From a virus (lineage: Duplodnaviria; Caudoviricetes), in the IMG/VR virus record IMGVR_UViG_3300040734_000039, positions 1-37,400 of that record: DNA of 37,400 nucleotides; one strand, given 5' to 3'. Position 1 is the stretch's first letter. Each line of letters starts with the position of its first letter. The position numbers and the translations under genes were made by a program. The notes below the pieces were generated by a model. The model saw only the letters and a program-made list of their open reading frames with translations, did no database searches and was not told where the DNA came from. Positions 25,784-35,576 of the stretch are shown here, one piece after another.

Positions 25784-25819
25784 GTACTGCCCCTGCCCGA
25801 GGCTGGGGAGGGGCAGTAC
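25784..25819. repeat. Hairpin between the chaperone and tape measure genes
   Basis: GTACTGCCCCT...AGGGGCAGTAC, 11-bp perfect arms, no T tract. Confidence 0.7.
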
Positions 25820-25833
25820 GAAAGGCATAGAAA

Positions 25834-27996
25834 ATGAGCGATCAGGTCAACCTGTCCGGAAAAGTCGGGCTGGATGTAACGGATTTCAAGGATGGCGTTG
25901 CGGAACTTAACCGCAATATCAAAATTATCGATTCTGGATTCAAAGCGACTGCAGCCGGGATGGATGACTGGTCGAGCACGGCTGAAGGGCTGCAAGCGCG
26001 CCTGAAGGCATTGACAGATATTACTGAGCTGCAGCGTCAGAAAGTGGATGCCACCCGGAAAGAGTACGAGCGGATCAAAAAGGAAACAGGCGATACCAGT
26101 ATAGCAACGCGTGAGCTTGAAATTCGGCTCAACAAGGAAACTGAAGCACTCAATAAGAGCGAAACCGAAGCACGACAAACGCAGGAAAAACTTAATGGGT
26201 TAGGAAAAGAAGCATCCCAGACCGGCACGGCACTGGGGCAGACGGCAACGCAGACCGATACAGCAGCCAGCCGGATGGAGCGTTTGAAGTCGGTTGCTGG
26301 CGGTATTGGCGGGGTGCTGAAGGGCGTGGGAACGGTGATGCTGGGTGTGGCGAGCGCGGCGGCTGCCGCCGGTATGGGGGTGGCGAAGCTGGTGACTGAA
26401 ACGGCGGCGCAAGGCGAGAAGCTGGTGGATATGTCCACCAAAACTGGCATTTCTGTTGAGACGCTGCAGGAGTTGGGGTACATCGGAGAGCAGGTCGGCA
26501 CTGACCTGGATACGATTACCGGAAGCTACAGCAAGATGATTCGAGCCATGAGCAGCGAGGGCAAGGCAGAGGCATTTGCCGGGCTGGGGGTGGCGGTACG
26601 GGATACCAGCGGGCAATTGCGCGACTCGCAGGCGGTATTTACAGAGACGATTACAGCGCTGGGGAAGATTCCGAATGAAACGGAACGGGACGCGCTGGCG
26701 ATGGAGTTGTTTGGCAAGAGCGCGATGGAGCTGAACCCGCTGATTGAGACGAGCGCGGAGCAGTTTGAAAGCTTGAGGGAAGAGGCGCATAAGGTCGGCG
26801 CGGTGATGGACACGGAATCGGTTGAATCCGCGGCTGCATTCCAGGATCAGCTGGACAGCCTGAAAATGGGTTTGCAGGGCACGGCGATGGAAGTGGGGGC
26901 GGCGTTTATGCCGGCGTTCAGTGGGCTGGCAGACAGCGCCAGCGGTTATTTGAAGGATTTAGCGGGGGTGGTGAACGGCGCGGACGGTGACCTGGGCAAG
27001 CTGGCGGGCGGGGTGGGCGAGATTGCCGGCAAGGTTGTGGGGGAACTGGCGAAGCAGGCACCGGCGTTTTTACAGGCGGGGCTGTCGATTGTGCAGGGGA
27101 TTGTGACGGCGATTGTGCAGAATTTGCCGGCGATGATACCCGGAATCATTGAACTGATGAACAGCCTGGTGCAGTTTATTGTACAGAACCTGCCGATGCT
27201 GCTGGATGCGGCCATGTCGATCATTCTGGCGCTTATGAACGGAATTATTGACTCCATCCCGAAGCTGATACCGGCGGTGGTGGAGGTGGTGTTGGGGCTG
27301 GTGGACGCGCTGATTGCGAACCTGCCGATGTTGATTACGGCGGGGATCCAGATGATTGTAGCGCTGGCGGTGGGGTTGATTGATGCGCTGCCGGAGTTGG
27401 TGGGGAAGATACCGGAGCTGCTAGGGGCTTTGGTGGGTGCAATCATATACAATCTGCCGGTGATTTTTGCAGCAGCGGTAGACATTATCGGCGCGCTGGC
27501 GCTGGGTTTGATAGACGCTTTTCCAAAACTTGTTGAGGCTGGGAGCAACTTGTTCAATAAATTGCTCGACTGGTTCAAAGGCGGCGGGCTTGAAATGTGG
27601 CGTGAAATGGGAGGGAACGTCATCAAAGGTGTGTGGCAGGGAATTGAGGCAAAGTGGGGCAACCTGTCACAGGATTTCAAGAAGATGTGGCTGACAATGA
27701 TTGATGACATCAAGAAATTGTTGGGTATCAAATCACCGTCGCGGGTATTTGCCGGTATCGGTATGCAAATGGCTGCGGGGCTGGGGGTGGGTTTTATGGG
27801 GCAAATGGGCGGGATTGAAAAGCGGATATCCGGCGCGGTGGCAGATTTGACACGCTCGGTAGGTGCACCCGGTCTTGGTCTGGCGGGCATGGGGGTTGGC
27901 GGGGTGTCGGAATCCTACACCTTTTACGCGCCAGTGATTGTCCAGGCGAATGACGCGCGCGGATTTGGGACTTCGCTGCGACAGAAGCGGTTATAG
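25834..27996 (+). CDS. Tape measure protein
   Basis: 720 aa, helical, Ala/Gly-rich, with periodic LP repeats and a C-terminal LGIKSPSRVF motif. Confidence 0.93.
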   Translation: MSDQVNLSGKVGLDVTDFKDGVAELNRNIKIIDSGFKATAAGMDDWSSTAEGLQARLKALTDITELQRQKVDATRKEYERIKKETGDTSIATRELEIRLNKETEALNKSETEARQTQEKLNGLGKEASQTGTALGQTATQTDTAASRMERLKSVAGGIGGVLKGVGTVMLGVASAAAAAGMGVAKLVTETAAQGEKLVDMSTKTGISVETLQELGYIGEQVGTDLDTITGSYSKMIRAMSSEGKAEAFAGLGVAVRDTSGQLRDSQAVFTETITALGKIPNETERDALAMELFGKSAMELNPLIETSAEQFESLREEAHKVGAVMDTESVESAAAFQDQLDSLKMGLQGTAMEVGAAFMPAFSGLADSASGYLKDLAGVVNGADGDLGKLAGGVGEIAGKVVGELAKQAPAFLQAGLSIVQGIVTAIVQNLPAMIPGIIELMNSLVQFIVQNLPMLLDAAMSIILALMNGIIDSIPKLIPAVVEVVLGLVDALIANLPMLITAGIQMIVALAVGLIDALPELVGKIPELLGALVGAIIYNLPVIFAAAVDIIGALALGLIDAFPKLVEAGSNLFNKLLDWFKGGGLEMWREMGGNVIKGVWQGIEAKWGNLSQDFKKMWLTMIDDIKKLLGIKSPSRVFAGIGMQMAAGLGVGFMGQMGGIEKRISGAVADLTRSVGAPGLGLAGMGVGGVSESYTFYAPVIVQANDARGFGTSLRQKRL

Positions 27997-28004
27997 GAGG
28001 CAGG

Positions 28005-29930
28005 ATGTTTGTCCATGTCAAAACATTCAATGGTTTTAGCCTGAACGGCGGCGGGTATGCGTGCGCTGGGTTGGATTTGCACACGCAACCGAGTGCGAAT
28101 CCGGTCTGGATTGAACAGGCGTCAGACGCGCCGAATTATGCCGGGGTGTACACGCTGGGGGCGCGCGGGCTGCCGATCACAATCAAAATAACCAATTACG
28201 GCGACCGCTGGAACCTGATTCAGGCGATGAAGGCGGCTTTGAAACCGGGCACAACCGGTGACCTGGTGGTGACGTTTCCAGGCGGGATAGATTACCGCCT
28301 GCCGTGCATTGTGCAGAGCCTGGTGCGCGAGATGACCCACATGCAATCGTGGGTGGCGGTGCTGCAAAGTGGCCCCGCGGACTGGGTGGCGGTCACACCG
28401 GAAACGAGTACATGGAGCATCACCACCGCCAGCGAATCACACGATTTCAACGTGGGCGGGGTGATGCGCACGGCATTGAGCGCAACGATTACGCCAACCG
28501 GTGGAGCGTCGGGGGGATGGTCATACCAGAACCTGTACCAGCTGGTGGCTCCGAAGGCGATCGCTTTCGGGTATCGACCGTGGTGCATCCAGTTGGACAC
28601 GGCGGCGCTTGTGACGGCGAGCAAGATGCAGGCAGACGGGGATGATTTGAGGGTGTATGTGGACGGGGTAGAAGTGCGGCGCTGGCTGGCGGACATGAAC
28701 ACCGACCACACGAAGGTGTGGATCAACCTGACGCTGCTGGCAGGGCAACGGCTAAAACTGAAGACTGGAATCGCCGCCAGTGGGGATATCGGCGAGATGG
28801 TATTTGAACAGACCAGCGATAATGCAGCGGCGCTGAATAAGCTGCCAGCGGCGGGGCTGTTGGTGCATGGTACGGAGTGGATCCAGTACTCCGGGATTGA
28901 CAAGACGCGCTACAAGCTAGGCGTGGTGAAACGCGGGGCGCTGGGTACCACACTACAAGCTCATACGACTGGCAGTGAGTTTTCATGGATCCAGGCGCCG
29001 ATTTGGGTGGTATATGGAAACAGCGCGGCAACCAGTCCGGCGACTGACGACGCAGCGTATGATGACGAGAAGCCGGTTTTTGACCTGTCGGCGAGTAGCA
29101 ATACGAGCTGGGTGTACACCGCCAGTACGCTGTTTTATGACGCAGACAAGCCGACCCGACCGGGGAGTTGGAAACCGACATACAGCCGCAAGGGGGCAGA
29201 ATCGTACCCCTACTGGTATTCACAGGATGCGGAATCGGGAACCCCGGCGGCGGGTATGCGCATGGGTAGTTATGACAAAAATGGGGTGTGGCAACCGGAA
29301 ACGGCCACCCTGAGCTGGGCGTTGAGCTGCCCGGGGGGCATATCGACGGTGTCCATCACCGCCAGCAAGCGGCGCAATTCAAGCGCCTGGGTAACGCTGG
29401 CTGGGCTGCAGCGCAGCGCGGACGGACAAACCTGGTCAACGGTGTGGAATGAGAGCACACCTGTATCGGTCAGCACCTGGACGGCAATCACACAAAGCAG
29501 CAAGACCATTACAGGCAACCAGAAGAACATCCGGGTGGTATTGTCGGGCAGCTTGCTGGCTGGATCAACGCGGCAGGCGTATCTGGAGATGTTGACGGCA
29601 ACCGTGACCATGTACTCCACCAACCTGCCAGCTGGCAGCCTGCTGGGTGAGAAGGGTAACTTCCCGATGATGATTCGGCTGTTGAACAGCACTACCGGGG
29701 ATGAAATCCTGATCCGGCAGCCGATGCTGCTGAACAAGACGTTGACGCTGGACGGCGAAGCGCGCACGGTAATGTATGACGGGGTGAACGCGCACGGGGC
29801 GATCACGCTGGATGACGAGAGCCGCGACACGTGGATTGAACTGGCGCCGGGCAACAACACACTGGAAATCACGACTGATTATGGCGGCCCGATGACGGTT
29901 GGGCTGTCGTGGTACACGAGGCAGCCATGA
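28005..29930 (+). CDS. Distal tail (Dit)-like protein with inserted domains
   Basis: Follows the TMP; C-terminal LTLDGE...WIELAPGNNTLEI...W motif typical of Dit; 641 aa implies insertions. Confidence 0.7.
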   Translation: MFVHVKTFNGFSLNGGGYACAGLDLHTQPSANPVWIEQASDAPNYAGVYTLGARGLPITIKITNYGDRWNLIQAMKAALKPGTTGDLVVTFPGGIDYRLPCIVQSLVREMTHMQSWVAVLQSGPADWVAVTPETSTWSITTASESHDFNVGGVMRTALSATITPTGGASGGWSYQNLYQLVAPKAIAFGYRPWCIQLDTAALVTASKMQADGDDLRVYVDGVEVRRWLADMNTDHTKVWINLTLLAGQRLKLKTGIAASGDIGEMVFEQTSDNAAALNKLPAAGLLVHGTEWIQYSGIDKTRYKLGVVKRGALGTTLQAHTTGSEFSWIQAPIWVVYGNSAATSPATDDAAYDDEKPVFDLSASSNTSWVYTASTLFYDADKPTRPGSWKPTYSRKGAESYPYWYSQDAESGTPAAGMRMGSYDKNGVWQPETATLSWALSCPGGISTVSITASKRRNSSAWVTLAGLQRSADGQTWSTVWNESTPVSVSTWTAITQSSKTITGNQKNIRVVLSGSLLAGSTRQAYLEMLTATVTMYSTNLPAGSLLGEKGNFPMMIRLLNSTTGDEILIRQPMLLNKTLTLDGEARTVMYDGVNAHGAITLDDESRDTWIELAPGNNTLEITTDYGGPMTVGLSWYTRQP

Positions 29931-30934
29931 GCCGGGTGATTGTATTTGACCTGGACGGGCGGAGTGTTGGCGAGGTACATGCGAATGTGTCGCGCGGCTG
30001 GGGCATCAACGCGGGCAGTACTGCGACGTTTGCTTTGAGCGCTGCGGACGCGGCAGCGGGCTGGCTGCAATTTGGGCGCATGGTGTTGATTGCGCATGAG
30101 ACCTTACCGGCGTGGTGCGGCATGATTGACACGCCGTGGAGCGCACTGGCGCCGGTGCAGGTGACGGCATACAGCGCTGAATACCTTTTGAGCATCCGCA
30201 GTTTGGACAAGGAATTGACGCTGACGGGTACCACTGCAGCGATTTTGAAGCGGCTGCTTGAGGCGGCAAATGAGGCTGAGGATTTACGGCTGCGCCCGGG
30301 GGTGATGGAAGATGACGCGGCACACACGGAGGTGTTTGACCAGACCACGATATGGGATCAGGTGGTTGAGCTGGTGACCGGCGCGGGGATGGAGCTGAGT
30401 TTCAGGCCGGAGCGGAATGCGGCTGGCAACCTGGTGGTGTACGTTGACCTGGCAAAAGCAATGGGGGAGGAAACGGGAATCGCCATTTTTGACGGCAGAG
30501 ATGGCAACATGCGGGTGACGGCAGCGGAGGTTAGCGGGGATATTGTCAACCGGATCATTGGCGTGAACGACCAGTCAACGGCGAGTAGCCGACTGGCGAC
30601 GGCTCCGATGGTGGAGCGCGCGTCGGCGGACACCTACCGGCTGCGGTCACAGGTGGTGCAATATAAAGGCGTCACCAGTTTGAGCGAATTGAAGGCGAAG
30701 GCGCAGTTGGATTTGGCTTTGAACAGCGCTCCGTGGCTGAAACTGACGGTCAGCGTGCGTGATGCAGGCGCTACGTTTCAGCAGCTGCGGCTGGGAAACG
30801 TGATGACAGTGCATGCCAGCCGGTTGATTTTGCCAGGCGGGGCGCGCGGCTGGCGCGGACGGGCGCGCATCACCGCGATGGTGTTTGACGAGGCGACGAA
30901 CCAGGTGGAGATTGCGCTGGAGGGAGCGTTATGA
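29927..30934 (+). CDS. Tail hub/Tal-like protein
   Basis: Position after Dit; LRLGNVMTV...ARITAM motif. Confidence 0.65.
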   Translation: MSRVIVFDLDGRSVGEVHANVSRGWGINAGSTATFALSAADAAAGWLQFGRMVLIAHETLPAWCGMIDTPWSALAPVQVTAYSAEYLLSIRSLDKELTLTGTTAAILKRLLEAANEAEDLRLRPGVMEDDAAHTEVFDQTTIWDQVVELVTGAGMELSFRPERNAAGNLVVYVDLAKAMGEETGIAIFDGRDGNMRVTAAEVSGDIVNRIIGVNDQSTASSRLATAPMVERASADTYRLRSQVVQYKGVTSLSELKAKAQLDLALNSAPWLKLTVSVRDAGATFQQLRLGNVMTVHASRLILPGGARGWRGRARITAMVFDEATNQVEIALEGAL

Positions 30935-32748
30935 CGCGGCTGAGCGACTTTGACCCGAATGAGTTGTGGCGCATGCTGCAGAAGATGCAGCGCGAAATTG
31001 ATTATTTGAAAATGCGGCTGGTGGGATATAACCAGGCGAGCGAAGTGACGGCTGACCTGGGTACAATGCGCGCCGGGCGGCTGTACATGTTGACAGCGGG
31101 CAGTGAACCGGAGGACAGCGACGCGACCGGGATGGTATGGTCTGCGGATCCGATCACCCACAGCGGCAACGAGTGGAACGGGCTGGGGCTGAACAACGGC
31201 AATCTGGAACTGGGTTTCAGCGCGGTGGATGGATCGCTGCGGTTTTCGGGCGGAGATGGCACGATCAACTCGCTGGGAATCACGATGGAGGGTTTTACCA
31301 AACTGTTCAAGGTGCATGCCGACCAGGACGGGGTTGAGCGCGAGGCGATGTTTGGGATGATCATGCCGCCCTATGGCGAGGCGCCGCTGACCATGCTGCA
31401 GCATGCCATACCGGAAAGCGGATCGGAACTGGTGAGCAATGGCGGATTTGACACTGACCTGACTGGCTGGGGAGGCGGGGATGTGTTTGTGCCAGCGTGG
31501 GTGGATGGATATGCCAGCCTGGCAGCGCCGGGCGGCGGCGAAAATGACCTGGGGAATACCAGCGCGATCACGGTGACAGCCGGGGCGATTTATAAATTCA
31601 GCGCGCGGATTCAGTTGGACGTACCGTATGGGTATGGTCGCGCAAAGGTGCGATGGACAAATTCCAGCAGTAAAGTGATCTCGGAGGAGGTGCTGTTTTA
31701 CAGCGGCATTTCAACGACGGGCTGGAAGACGTTTGAAAAGACAGTTATCGCACCAGTTGGCGCGGTTGGAGCATGGTTGACCTTTCTGGTGCATGATGAC
31801 GCGGCGAGCTGCGAGATGGACGTGGATGATGTCAGTTTGAAGGCACAATCGTGGTTCAGCCGGTTGATGCTGGGGCAGGGAATCTACCATGACATGCCGA
31901 CCGGCACGGCTGCGCTGCGAAAAGTGCGGTCGACGGTGTATCGACCGCGCGGTTCGTTCAGCGGCACGATGCAGGCGGGTGGAAACCTGGACCCGCTGGC
32001 AGCATACGGGTATGTGGTGACGTTTGGGCATGAGCTGGGTGAAACGGAGCAGTCGCTTTACACCCTGGAAGTGATGACGACATCGACAAATAAGAAGACA
32101 AGCCTGTCTGTGCCGGTTGATCCGACCGGGCTGGCTGTACGGCGGTTGATCTACCGGACGGAGGGGGTGTGGAGTGGCAATGGGGCGGATCCCAACAAGT
32201 TTTACCTGGTGGCGGTGATTGAGGACAACACCACGACCACGTATGTGGACGACAAAGCGGACAGCGAGCTGGATACCAGCAGGCCTGCGCCGGTTGCCAA
32301 CACGATGGTATGGACAGGACGACAACCGTATTGCTCGGTGAAGCGGACTGCGAATCAATCGGTTGCGCGCGTTACGGATGTGGCAGTCAGCTGGCAAGCC
32401 GAAATCAGCGACCCGTATGGCATGTGGTCGGACTCTGAACCGACATATATCTGGATTCCGGTCAGTGGGCGGTATGTCATCACCTTCGAAGCGCAACTGG
32501 CAGCAGTTGGAACCGGGTCAAGGTCGGCATGGGTGGAGGTGAACGGATCTAGCCAGTACGGACGGTCGGGTGGTATGAACTTATCGGCGGCGACGGGGTA
32601 CATCGCCAGCGCTGCAATGATTGACCTGGTTGCGGGTGATTATCTGAGGCTGTTCGTCCGGCACAACGCCGACACATCGCCAATAAACCTGTTGTACGGA
32701 ACGATCCACCCGCGGCTGGACGTTTCGTTGATTGAATATGCAGCATAG
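30931..32748 (+). CDS. Receptor-binding/tail fibre protein (CBM-like, Fn3-like and C1q-like domains)
   Basis: LVSNGGFD...DVDDVSL carbohydrate-binding module; IYRT...TTTYVD; C-terminal IPVSGRY...LVAGDYLRL. Confidence 0.7.
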   Translation: MTRLSDFDPNELWRMLQKMQREIDYLKMRLVGYNQASEVTADLGTMRAGRLYMLTAGSEPEDSDATGMVWSADPITHSGNEWNGLGLNNGNLELGFSAVDGSLRFSGGDGTINSLGITMEGFTKLFKVHADQDGVEREAMFGMIMPPYGEAPLTMLQHAIPESGSELVSNGGFDTDLTGWGGGDVFVPAWVDGYASLAAPGGGENDLGNTSAITVTAGAIYKFSARIQLDVPYGYGRAKVRWTNSSSKVISEEVLFYSGISTTGWKTFEKTVIAPVGAVGAWLTFLVHDDAASCEMDVDDVSLKAQSWFSRLMLGQGIYHDMPTGTAALRKVRSTVYRPRGSFSGTMQAGGNLDPLAAYGYVVTFGHELGETEQSLYTLEVMTTSTNKKTSLSVPVDPTGLAVRRLIYRTEGVWSGNGADPNKFYLVAVIEDNTTTTYVDDKADSELDTSRPAPVANTMVWTGRQPYCSVKRTANQSVARVTDVAVSWQAEISDPYGMWSDSEPTYIWIPVSGRYVITFEAQLAAVGTGSRSAWVEVNGSSQYGRSGGMNLSAATGYIASAAMIDLVAGDYLRLFVRHNADTSPINLLYGTIHPRLDVSLIEYAA

Positions 32749-32756
32749 GAGATTTT

Positions 32757-33548
32757 ATGAGCATCACTTACGGTGTAGACGTTAGTTTTTACCAGACGAA
32801 TTATGAAAAACGGGATTACCGGACGCTGGTGAACTGGAAAAAGCTGTTTGATGACGGCGCGCGGTTCGCGATCGTGCGCGCGTCGGGGCAGTTGGGGGTG
32901 GATCCGGCAGTGGAGTATCACGTGAAGGCAGCGCAGGACGCTGGGTTTGCTGTGGGGGCGTATCACTACCTGATGTGGGATGCATCGGCAGAAAAGCAGG
33001 CGGATGCTTTCATGCGGGCAATCGCCGGGCTGGGAATCAAGCGGGCGTTTATCGACGTGGAGCATGACAACAGCCGCGAAAGCGCTCCGCGCCCTCAGCC
33101 GGGGTCATCGGTGACCAGCGTGTATGTGCAGCGCTGGCTGACCTACGTGTGGAGTGGGATGGCGCTGATACCCGGAATCTACACGCGCAAGGATATCTGG
33201 CAGCGAATGGGCAGCAAGGCGGATTGGGTGAAACTGCATGACCTGTGGCTTGCCTGGTACGGGTGGTCTCCGCTGCACGGGTTGAGCGTGGGGAGTGATC
33301 TAGTGTACCGGATGGAGCGGACGATGATACCGGCGCCGTTCCCGACATGGAAAATCTGGCAGTATTCATCGAAGGGGCTGGGGTACGTCGGGATGAATAG
33401 CGAGATTGACCTGAACGTGTTCAACGGCGGGCTGACCGAATGCCAGGAGTTCTTTGGGATGGAAACAAGCAGCGGCGAGGTGGATGTGCCGGATGACGCG
33501 CTGGCGAGGTTATGGGCGGCTCATTCGGAGCTATGGGGCAAGGGATAA
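32757..33548 (+). CDS. Endolysin, GH25 muramidase
   Basis: GVDVSFYQ, GAYHY, FIDVE, IWQYS, IDLN. Confidence 0.92.
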   Translation: MSITYGVDVSFYQTNYEKRDYRTLVNWKKLFDDGARFAIVRASGQLGVDPAVEYHVKAAQDAGFAVGAYHYLMWDASAEKQADAFMRAIAGLGIKRAFIDVEHDNSRESAPRPQPGSSVTSVYVQRWLTYVWSGMALIPGIYTRKDIWQRMGSKADWVKLHDLWLAWYGWSPLHGLSVGSDLVYRMERTMIPAPFPTWKIWQYSSKGLGYVGMNSEIDLNVFNGGLTECQEFFGMETSSGEVDVPDDALARLWAAHSELWGKG

Positions 33549-33556
33549 GGAGCGAT

Positions 33557-34477
33557 ATGCCTGAAGCAAAGCGAATTACACAGCAGGGCGTAGTGACCTC
33601 GGTTTATTTGGACGTGAAAGCCGGCTGGGAGCAGTGGGTGCTGCTGCAGTCGGACAATCACCACGACTCCATCAAGTGCAACCGGGCGCTGGAAACAGCT
33701 CACCTGGAAGAGGCAAAGCGCCGGGATGCCTGGGTGATGATGTTCGGGGATCTATTTGATGCCATGCAGGGGCGGTTTGACCCACGGCGGTCGATGGACG
33801 AGCTGCGGCCGGAATACCGGAGGGAGGACTATTATGATTTTGTGGTTTCAGATATCGGAAAATACCTGGCGCCGTATGCACAAAACCTGTTGCTGATCGC
33901 GGACGGGAATCACGAGCTGAGCGTGCTGAAGAATGCCAACACGTACCTGCCTGACCGGTTGGTGAGGGAATACTTGAACCAGGGAGCCGGAGGGCACGTC
34001 ATCCACGGCGCGTATGGCGGATGGGTGCGGTTTATGTTTGAGACGAACGGCAAGCCAATGAAATCATACTCGTTGAAATATTTTCACGGAGCCGGCGGCG
34101 AGGCGCCAGTCACTCGCGGGGTGATCCAGACCAACCGGCAGGCGGTGTATTTGCCTGATGCGGATATCGTGGTGAACGGGCACAACCACAGCAACTACTA
34201 TGTGCCGATTTCGAGGGAGAGAATCAGCGGGAAGGGCAAACAGTTTTTCGACATCCAGCATCATGTGCGGATCCCTGGGTATAAGCAAGATTACGGGGAT
34301 GGCAGTACCGGGTGGGCGGCAACGCGGGGCGATGTTCCGAAGCCGATTGGTGCCGTGTGGATGCGGATGTTTTATGACAACGGGGTGCAGTTGCAGTTCA
34401 TATCGGATATCCGCGGGGCGGAGCCGGTGAGCGTTGCGCCGGCAATGTATGAGGGGATTGTGTTTGGTGAGAGGTGA
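33557..34477 (+). CDS. Calcineurin-like metallophosphoesterase
   Basis: SDNH, GDLFD, GNHE, FHG, GHNH; AAGGAG RBS before ATG 33557. Confidence 0.88.
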   Translation: MPEAKRITQQGVVTSVYLDVKAGWEQWVLLQSDNHHDSIKCNRALETAHLEEAKRRDAWVMMFGDLFDAMQGRFDPRRSMDELRPEYRREDYYDFVVSDIGKYLAPYAQNLLLIADGNHELSVLKNANTYLPDRLVREYLNQGAGGHVIHGAYGGWVRFMFETNGKPMKSYSLKYFHGAGGEAPVTRGVIQTNRQAVYLPDADIVVNGHNHSNYYVPISRERISGKGKQFFDIQHHVRIPGYKQDYGDGSTGWAATRGDVPKPIGAVWMRMFYDNGVQLQFISDIRGAEPVSVAPAMYEGIVFGER

Positions 34478-34508
34478 TTGGGGAATGCACAGACTAGTTA
34501 GCGGGATA

Positions 34509-34805
34509 TCAACTTGCGATATCGGGATTTTCTTTCAACATTTGATAATAAGATTCTTTGCTTATATAGCAATCAATCATCCCTTGAAATACCCGCTTAT
34601 GAACAAAGAGTTGCTTCGCGATTTGACCCTGCAAGAAATCACCAATCTCTTCATCATTTCTTGAAAACTTTGTCATTACAGTGCAAACACCGTCGATGGA
34701 GAGCATATACCATATATGGTCTTTGGATTTCGAATTAGTTGGATTCTCTAAGAATCCAAATTTTGATTGGAGTTTTGATTGCACCTTTTTTGACTTGTAC
34801 TGCAT
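34509..34805 (-). CDS. HicA-like toxin
   Basis: KLQSKFGF...KDHIWY...TKFSR...EIG...QIAKQL: alpha-beta3-alpha layout with His at the catalytic position. Confidence 0.65.
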   Translation of the reverse strand: MQYKSKKVQSKLQSKFGFLENPTNSKSKDHIWYMLSIDGVCTVMTKFSRNDEEIGDFLQGQIAKQLFVHKRVFQGMIDCYISKESYYQMLKENPDIAS

Positions 34806-34807
34806 AC

Positions 34808-35176
34808 CTAATTTTTCGCAATGATGTTTTTAATGAAATCAAATCTTTTCGATGTAGGTGCATCTGGCAATGATTCATTCAGCTCATAGTATTCAATAAG
34901 CGTAATTTTGTAATCTTCCAGCGCTTCAGGAATTGTCTTTCCCATTCCATACATATTGAATATATCATCACAAAGAATGATTCTCCCATCTTCGACAACA
35001 ACGTTTAGGATAATAGATTTTCTAAGAGTGTAGTTTGAATTAAGAGCACCGCCAAACACAATAATATCCGGTTGGTCACCATATCTTTCAGAAACAGATG
35101 CAACCTGACCTGAATAATCTCCAATCCATGTTTTTTTACTATATGTTGGGATGGTACGCTGAAGAGTAGCACTCAT
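34808..35176 (-). CDS. HicB-like antitoxin with an N-terminal extension and no DNA-binding domain
   Basis: EDGRIILCDDIFNMYGMGKTIPEALEDY matches the HicB G-x-T-x-x-E-A motif. Confidence 0.7.
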   Translation of the reverse strand: MSATLQRTIPTYSKKTWIGDYSGQVASVSERYGDQPDIIVFGGALNSNYTLRKSIILNVVVEDGRIILCDDIFNMYGMGKTIPEALEDYKITLIEYYELNESLPDAPTSKRFDFIKNIIAKN

Positions 35177-35469
35177 TTTTTGGTAATTCTTTCATGGTGA
35201 TCTGTTAATACTCTAATAAGAATCTCAAGATTTTGCCGCGTTATCACAATCCTTGAAACGCATTTTGCGGGAACAGTTGTAAGTTTTGTGAGGCTATCCT
35301 CAATCATCTTTGAATCTCCCACTAAGATAGGTGGAATAACTTCAAAAAAGCTAATAATTATTTCATCTCCATTGTTTTGGATTATAAAATTATTCGCAAA
35401 CTTTGTGTCCAAATCAGAGGGTATCACCCACTCCAAAAGTAAATCTTTGCTCGGGGGATTGTCAGACAT
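35173..35469 (-). CDS. DUF3467-like protein
   Basis: FANNFII...EIIISFF..IPP...VSRIVIT...LIRVL; GGAG RBS; ATGA overlap with the next gene. Confidence 0.7.
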   Translation of the reverse strand: MSDNPPSKDLLLEWVIPSDLDTKFANNFIIQNNGDEIIISFFEVIPPILVGDSKMIEDSLTKLTTVPAKCVSRIVITRQNLEILIRVLTDHHERITKK

Positions 35470-35576
35470 AGGTTCTCCAAATTCTATAACGATATTCAGA
35501 TTATGCCTTAATCTGTGCTTTATAGCAATAAATCAATTGTTCTAGTAACGAATGGGCATAATCGGCAGCGATTAGC

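Noticed and set aside
27080-27540. Periodic repeats in the tape measure gene
   Set aside because: Ordinary TMP helical repeats.
26946-27890. 314-aa minus-strand ORF and other long antisense ORFs in the structural region
   Set aside because: Shadow frames of GC-rich genes such as the TMP; low-complexity Ser/Pro/Ile translations without RBSs.
30931-34500. Diversity-generating retroelement or invertible tail-fibre cassette
   Set aside because: No reverse transcriptase, and I saw no template/variable repeat pair or inverted repeats flanking alternative RBP ends (checked by eye only).
35529-35543. AGAAC-AATT-GATTT as a LexA box upstream of the DUF3467 operon
   Set aside because: The second half-site is too divergent, and such matches are likely by chance in AT-rich DNA.
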